NCBI GenBank assembly: GCA_022574435.1
Contig: JACZSB010000065.1
Span: forward strand, 1 to 10,670
Length of the DNA stretch: 10,670 nucleotides
Reading direction: 5' to 3'
Origin: Fidelibacterota bacterium
GTDB taxonomy: Bacteria; Fidelibacterota; Marinisomatia; SCGC-AAA003-L08; TS1B11
Shown here: positions 7,985-10,670 of the stretch, piece after piece
Layout of the letters: every line of letters begins with the position of its first letter
Numbering within the stretch: position 1 is the first letter of the stretch
Notes under the pieces: generated by a model
Database searches by the model: none
Seen by the model: only the letters and a program-made list of their open reading frames with translations
Told to the model about the DNA's origin: nothing
Position numbers and translations under genes: made by a program

Positions 7985-8157
7985 GTGGGCGACGGCGCAA
8001 ATTTAGGCTTGCTGGGTCCCAGCGGGGCCGGTAAGTCCACCAGCCAGAAAATTATCATCAGGCTGCCCAGGGGTTATGGGGCTCGGTGGCGGTGATGGGC
8101 CGTGACCTGGCCGATTGGGGCCAGGACTTTTACGAGCGGATCGTCCGGGCAGGCTGA
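7985..8157 (+). pseudogene. Frameshifted, truncated remnant of an ABC-transporter ATP-binding protein (N-terminal Walker A region only).
   Basis: Frame a reads VGDGANLGLLGPSGAGKSTSQKIIIRLPRGYGARWR*, with Walker A GPSGAGKST. After a 1-nt frame change near 8084 the reading continues SVAVMGRDLADWGQDFYERIVRAG*. This matches the ABC pattern (...sGxVxvxGxDl......) but stops after about 57 aa with no Q-loop, signature or Walker B. The neighbouring convergent gene begins 62 bp later. Confidence 0.55.
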
Positions 8158-8218
8158 CGGGCTAAATTATCCCGAAAATAAATAAATTTTGCTGTGGTCT
8201 GTGCCCTGGCGGCGGGAG

Positions 8219-8587
8219 CTAGGTCTCGTCGCTCTTTTTAATCTCATCCAGCTTTTCCCGGCCGGCGGCAACCGCCTCAGCGGCCTTCTCCTTACCGGCC
8301 TCAATAGCCTCCTGGGCCTTCTCTTTGGCGGTGTCCAGGTGGGCTTGAGCGGCCTCCTGGACCTGGGCGGCTTTTTCTCTAGCGCTGTCCGATAATTCGG
8401 CGGCTTTCTCCTTGCCGGCCTCAATAACATCCTGGGCTTTCTCCCGGGCGCTATCCAGGTGGGCCTGCGCCGACTCCTGGGCCTGGGCGGCCTTGTCGGC
8501 TAGTTTTTCCTGGGCTTCGCCCACAGCCTCTTTAACCTTGTCCTGAGCCTTCTTCCCCGCCGATTTGAATCGATCCAGAAATCCCAT
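8219..8587 (-). CDS. LEA-like / apolipophorin-like amphipathic repeat protein (K/A/E/Q-rich with 11-mer periodicity). Function unknown; possibly a stress or membrane-associated protein.
   Basis: The 122-aa ORF has an AAGGAGA SD 6 nt upstream. EKA recurs every 11 residues (positions 49, 60, 71, then 78, 89, 100, 111, with a 7-residue stutter). Two 40-aa repeats align (ESAQAHLDSAREKAQDVIEAGKEKAAELSDSAREKAAQVQ and EAAQAHLDTAKEKAQEAIEAGKEKAAEAVAAGREKLDEIK). No TM segment. The N-terminus is MGFLDRFKSAGKKAQDKVKEA. Confidence 0.7.
   Translation of the reverse strand: MGFLDRFKSAGKKAQDKVKEAVGEAQEKLADKAAQAQESAQAHLDSAREKAQDVIEAGKEKAAELSDSAREKAAQVQEAAQAHLDTAKEKAQEAIEAGKEKAAEAVAAGREKLDEIKKSDET
8237..8476. 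repeat. Imperfect direct tandem duplication of 120 bp, two units (8237-8356 and 8357-8476), inside the LEA-like gene.
   Basis: The two units read GGCCTTCTCCTTACCGGCCTCAATAGCCTCCTGGGCCTTCTC...CCAGGTGGGCTTGAGCGGCCTCCTGGAC and GGCTTTCTCCTTGCCGGCCTCAATAACATCCTGGGCTTTCTC...CCAGGTGGGCCTGCGCCGACTCCTGGGC. By eye they are roughly 80% identical, and they are in frame (40 codons each). Confidence 0.75.
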
Positions 8588-8622
8588 CTGATTCTCCTTT
8601 TGCTAAACTCGATAGTAGCTGC

Positions 8623-8657
8623 CAAGCCGGCCTAAACCATGGTTTATGACCGGCTTG
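8623..8657. promoter_or_regulatory. 35-nt nested palindrome CAAGCCGG-CC-TAAACCATGGTTTA-TGA-CCGGCTTG, with a perfect 14-bp core palindrome at 8633-8646. Candidate operator in the divergent promoter region between the LEA-like gene and the small-protein operon.
   Basis: The outer 8-bp arms and the inner 14-bp perfect palindrome are read directly from the sequence. The element lies 36-70 nt upstream of the minus-strand start at 8587 and about 240 nt upstream of the plus-strand operon at 8899. Confidence 0.45.
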
Positions 8658-8898
8658 AAACTAAGGAATCAAGGCTTGATTTACAAGTGGAGCGTAGTAG
8701 CTCCGGCCTGAAGGAAGCCCCGCGATTTATACAGGCTAACAGAGTAGTCCTGAGTCCACAGGCCGATCCGGCGCCGGGGCGGACGCTGGATTTTTAGCGC
8801 ACCTGGCGCAACTGGCGTACCGGGCGAAAGACGAAGCGCTATGGTTCTGTGTAATGTCCTGCTGGATTTAGCATGTGAAAATATGGAGGGGAAAGCAG

Positions 8899-9120
8899 AT
8901 GCCATTTGTGAAATCAGGTTACCGTACTTACCTGTCGTCTATATTGGTTCTGGCGGCGGCTGTAGTGCTCCAGGGTCACGCCCAGGGCTTTTATACGTTG
9001 GATTCCCATACCAGGGTGATCCTCATGTATGCCCTGACAATTTTAGCGCCGTTGGTGCCGGTGTACCTGCGGAAAGCTATTGCCAATCTGGACACCAGAA
9101 CACATAATCGCCGGATATAG
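8899..9120 (+). CDS. Small (73-aa) two-transmembrane-helix membrane protein. First gene of a four-gene operon.
   Basis: ATG 8899 has a GGAGGGG SD 7 nt upstream. The product MPFVKSGYRTYLSSILVLAAAVVLQGHA...RVILMYALTILAPLVPVYLRK has two hydrophobic helices. The track's 8875 start lacks an SD. Confidence 0.5.
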   Translation: MPFVKSGYRTYLSSILVLAAAVVLQGHAQGFYTLDSHTRVILMYALTILAPLVPVYLRKAIANLDTRTHNRRI

Positions 9121-9169
9121 CCCACGAAAGGAATGTCCATGCAAGCATCAATTAGGAGGAATCGCTGTC

Positions 9170-9490
9170 ATGAGGCCTAGCCGCTCCAAGGATAAACTGG
9201 TAGAAAAGTTGTCGGCCATTAAGACGCTGGCGGCCGAATCGGAGGCCCTGCTGCTGGAACCCAGTCCGGATGTGGAAAAACTGCTGGCTACCCTCCAGGC
9301 CCAATCGGGAGTGCAGCAGGCCCTGATGGAAAAGCTGCTGGAAGTGGTGCACCCCACCGAAAAGGAGAAAGACCTGACCGATACCTTCCAGCTGGCGGTG
9401 CAGGATCTGTTGGAATATTTCCGGGAGCGGACCAAGTTGGCCGGCAAAGTAGCCGATGCGGCAGCCATCCAGCATCTGCGTGAGGAGTGA
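9170..9490 (+). CDS. Hypothetical 106-aa helical, acidic, soluble protein. Second gene of the operon.
   Basis: ATG 9170 has an AGGAGGA SD 9 nt upstream. The product is MRPSRSKDKLVEKLSAIKTLAAESEALLLEP...LLEYFRERTKLAGKVADAAAIQHLREE, with no TM segment. The stop overlaps the region of the next start. Confidence 0.6.
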   Translation: MRPSRSKDKLVEKLSAIKTLAAESEALLLEPSPDVEKLLATLQAQSGVQQALMEKLLEVVHPTEKEKDLTDTFQLAVQDLLEYFRERTKLAGKVADAAAIQHLREE

Positions 9491-9495
9491 ACGCC

Positions 9496-9756
9496 GTGCC
9501 CCGCAGTTCCGGTAACCAGACTACCCGCCTGGCCCGCCTTGAGGCGCAGTTCCACGCCTTTCGGGCCGACATGCTCCACTGGCGGCTGCAGCATATGCGC
9601 TACCACGGTTCCGACGAAGCTAAATGGGGCCTGGTGAAATTGATGCGCGAGCACCCATTCCATACCCTGGCGGCCGGCGTGGTGTTCGGCACCCTGGCGG
9701 TGGCGGGCATGGGTGGCGGACAGCTGTGGTCATTGGTGGAGGGTTGGCTCAAATAA
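9496..9756 (+). CDS. DUF883 / ElaB / YqjD-like tail-anchored membrane protein. It has an N-terminal helical region and a C-terminal TM anchor. Third gene of the operon.
   Basis: The start is taken at GTG 9496 (GAGGAG SD 9 nt upstream) rather than GTG 9487. The C-terminus MREHPFHTLAAGVVFGTLAVAGMGGG matches the DUF883 signature (E-N/H-P-W/F-x-x-aliphatic-G/A-x-AAG-V-G-F/L-L). The TAA stop overlaps the next gene's ATG. Confidence 0.55.
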   Translation: MPRSSGNQTTRLARLEAQFHAFRADMLHWRLQHMRYHGSDEAKWGLVKLMREHPFHTLAAGVVFGTLAVAGMGGGQLWSLVEGWLK

Positions 9757-10277
9757 TGGGCTACGCGGCGCGGCTGCAAGTGGCGGCGTTTGCCATGTAT
9801 TGCCAGGGCCGGACGGTGGAGCAGATCGTCGCCGGGTTGCGAAAAAGGCACCTCCTTAAGGGGGGACCGCGTCAACATACCATCGATGGCTGGATGGAAA
9901 CGGGAGATTGGCGGCGACTGAGGCAGGAGCTGCGCCAGGGCTATGCCCGCCGGCTTGAATCGCTTCCCAGCAGCCGGGAAGAACAGATCATGGCGGAACT
10001 CACCAACCTGCGTTCCCGAATCATGGACGCCGCCACCGAGCTCAAGTTCAAAACCGCCGGTGAAGCGGTACGCTCGCTAGCCAATGTACAGAAAATCATA
10101 CTAGAATCCGCAACCGCGCAGGATGGATCCGTTCCCCCCGCCACGCAGGAGCAAATTATCAAAGATGTTTTTCAGGTAATGTGTGAGGACCCGGAGGTGG
10201 CGGCGGTCCTGGCCCGGCGGGAAGCCAAGATCATGGTCAGCCTGAAAGCCGTATTGGAAGCCGAAACCACAGGCTGA
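9756..10277 (+). CDS. Hypothetical 173-aa protein with an N-terminal helix-turn-helix-like segment. Possibly a regulator, or related to a phage small terminase or DUF-type HTH protein. Fourth gene of the operon.
   Basis: ATG 9756 overlaps the previous TAA (TAATG), with GGAGGG about 10 nt upstream. The N-terminus MGYAARLQVAAFAMYCQGRTVEQIVAGLRKRH has an HTH-like pattern (A.F..Y..G.T..QIA). The rest is helical and charged. The 44 codons upstream in the track ORF are rejected. Confidence 0.55.
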   Translation: MGYAARLQVAAFAMYCQGRTVEQIVAGLRKRHLLKGGPRQHTIDGWMETGDWRRLRQELRQGYARRLESLPSSREEQIMAELTNLRSRIMDAATELKFKTAGEAVRSLANVQKIILESATAQDGSVPPATQEQIIKDVFQVMCEDPEVAAVLARREAKIMVSLKAVLEAETTG

Positions 10278-10319
10278 AATGAGTTTGCCACCTGCGTTGT
10301 TTTGCTTGCACCCGGACGA

Positions 10320-10400
10320 CGAGCATTGTATATTAGCGTAAATAGTGTGACAATTATGTATACATCGGTTTATCGTTGTATACTAATATTGTATCATTTC
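10320..10400 (+). promoter_or_regulatory. AT-rich patch with four copies of TTGTAT(A/C) (about 10323, 10357, 10377, 10390). Candidate promoter with repeated operator sites.
   Basis: The motifs cATTGTATAtta, tTATGTATACatc, cGTTGTATACtaa and tATTGTATCAttt occur within 80 bp. Local GC is about 30% in a roughly 62% GC genome. The patch sits immediately downstream of the HTH gene and upstream of the structured element. Confidence 0.35.
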
Positions 10401-10403
10401 AAT

Positions 10404-10480
10404 ATGAGTGGGGCGGCGCCCTTACAACCTCGTAAGGGACGGGCTCAATCCGGTCGCCCCACTTATTCCTTTATTGTCAA
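10404..10480 (+). ncRNA. Candidate structured RNA element (small RNA, leader or attenuator). It is a GC-rich nested hairpin followed by a U-rich tract.
   Basis: An outer 9-bp stem pairs AGTGGGGCG (10405-10413) with CGCCCCACT (10454-10462). It encloses an inner hairpin (CCCTTAC, loop AACCTC, GTAAGGG) and a second imperfect hairpin (GACGGG, loop CTCAAT, CCGGTC). TTATTCCTTTATT follows. All of this is read directly from the sequence. No known riboswitch class was recognised. Confidence 0.3.
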
Positions 10481-10564
10481 TACCAGCCAAGTCCGGGCCA
10501 TCACCGCTTCCGCCGGATCAGCACCTTCTCCGCCAATTGAATTTAACGGCAACGTTTTGCCAGC

Positions 10565-10670
10565 ATGAAAAAAAACGTATCGCTCCAGGGTATACCCCTT
10601 GTGCGGTCGGTGTTGGTACAGGCATTGCCCCGCCGGCCGCTTGGCCAGGACTCATTGACCGAATTTATGG
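10565..10670 (+). CDS. Possible 5' end of a CDS running off the window. It translates as MKKNVSLQGIPLVRSVLVQALPRRPLGQDSLTEF... Function unknown.
   Basis: An ATG is followed by an open frame to the end of the window, in GC-rich coding-like composition. No convincing SD. Confidence 0.25.
   Translation, partial: MKKNVSLQGIPLVRSVLVQALPRRPLGQDSLTEFM

Noticed and set aside
8167-8430. ORFs 8167-8430(-) and 8189-8395(+) (P/R-rich and L/G-rich) overlapping the LEA-like gene.
   Set aside because: These are frame-shifted readings of repetitive GC-rich DNA. The K/A/E 11-mer frame with an SD is the coherent one.
8681-9107. ORFs 8681-8905(-) and 8841-9107(+) in or over the intergenic region and the first operon gene.
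   Set aside because: No SD. They overlap a better-supported CDS (8899-9120) or the divergent promoter region.
9080-9169. N-terminal extensions of operon genes (9080 start for gene B, 9487 for gene C, 9624 for gene D).
   Set aside because: Internal starts at 9170, 9496 and 9756 each have a properly spaced SD and coupling overlaps. The extensions lack SDs, or the SD would abut the start codon.
9148-10162. Minus-strand ORFs 9148-9663, 9152-9475, 9288-9572, 9600-9878 and 9941-10162, antisense to the small-protein operon.
   Set aside because: These are antisense open frames in GC-rich coding DNA. The plus-strand genes have SDs and translational coupling.
10404-10462. Reading the nested hairpin as a tRNA or tRNA fragment.
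   Set aside because: There is no D-arm. The T-loop-like segment (GGGCTCAATCC) deviates from GTTCRANYC. The anticodon-like loop is 6 rather than 7 nt. It is therefore kept only as a candidate structured RNA.
10302-10568. 88-aa plus-strand ORF spanning the AT-rich repeats and the hairpin element.
   Set aside because: It crosses a promoter-like AT-rich patch and a strong RNA structure, has no SD, and its product is compositionally odd. It is probably spurious, though this cannot be excluded without expression data.
1-10670. Looked for CRISPR arrays, IS elements and transposases, rRNA, and canonical tRNAs.
   Set aside because: No regularly spaced direct repeats with spacers, no terminal inverted repeats flanking a transposase-like ORF, and no rRNA- or tRNA-like conserved motifs were found.

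Overview
The window comes from a GC-rich bacterial chromosome (about 60% GC or more) that uses Shine-Dalgarno sites, with several low-GC patches. From 5' to 3' it contains:
- A small ORF fragment (1-165).
- A toxin-first higB-higA type II toxin-antitoxin pair (326-897), with the ATGA stop/start overlap.
- A 753-aa mitochondrial-type aconitase (1015-3276).
- Two convergent intrinsic terminators (3294-3319 and 3477-3508).
- A low-GC islet encoding a 118-aa basic protein with two AbrB-like half-domains (3526-3882, minus strand).
- A minus-strand pair of a coiled-coil tail-anchored protein (5768-6295) and an SPFH/flotillin protein (4221-5459).
- A thioredoxin-fold lipoprotein with a WCxxS motif (6465-6977).
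- A DDAH/amidinotransferase-family enzyme (7097-7972).
- A frameshifted, truncated remnant of an ABC ATPase (7985-8157).
- A 122-aa LEA-like 11-mer repeat protein carrying a 2 x 120 bp internal tandem duplication (8219-8587, minus strand), with a 35-nt palindrome in its upstream region.
- A tightly coupled four-gene operon of small proteins (8899-10277): a 2-TM peptide, a helical protein, a DUF883/ElaB/YqjD-like tail-anchored protein and an HTH protein.
- An AT-rich patch with four TTGTAT(A/C) repeats, followed by a compact GC-rich nested-hairpin element with a U-tract (10320-10480) and a possible partial CDS.
No rRNA, canonical tRNA, CRISPR array or transposase was seen. The most interesting candidates are the cluster of membrane-microdomain/stress-type small proteins (flotillin with a non-NfeD partner, the LEA-like protein, the DUF883-like operon with its own HTH gene) and the unexplained structured RNA-like element at the 3' end.
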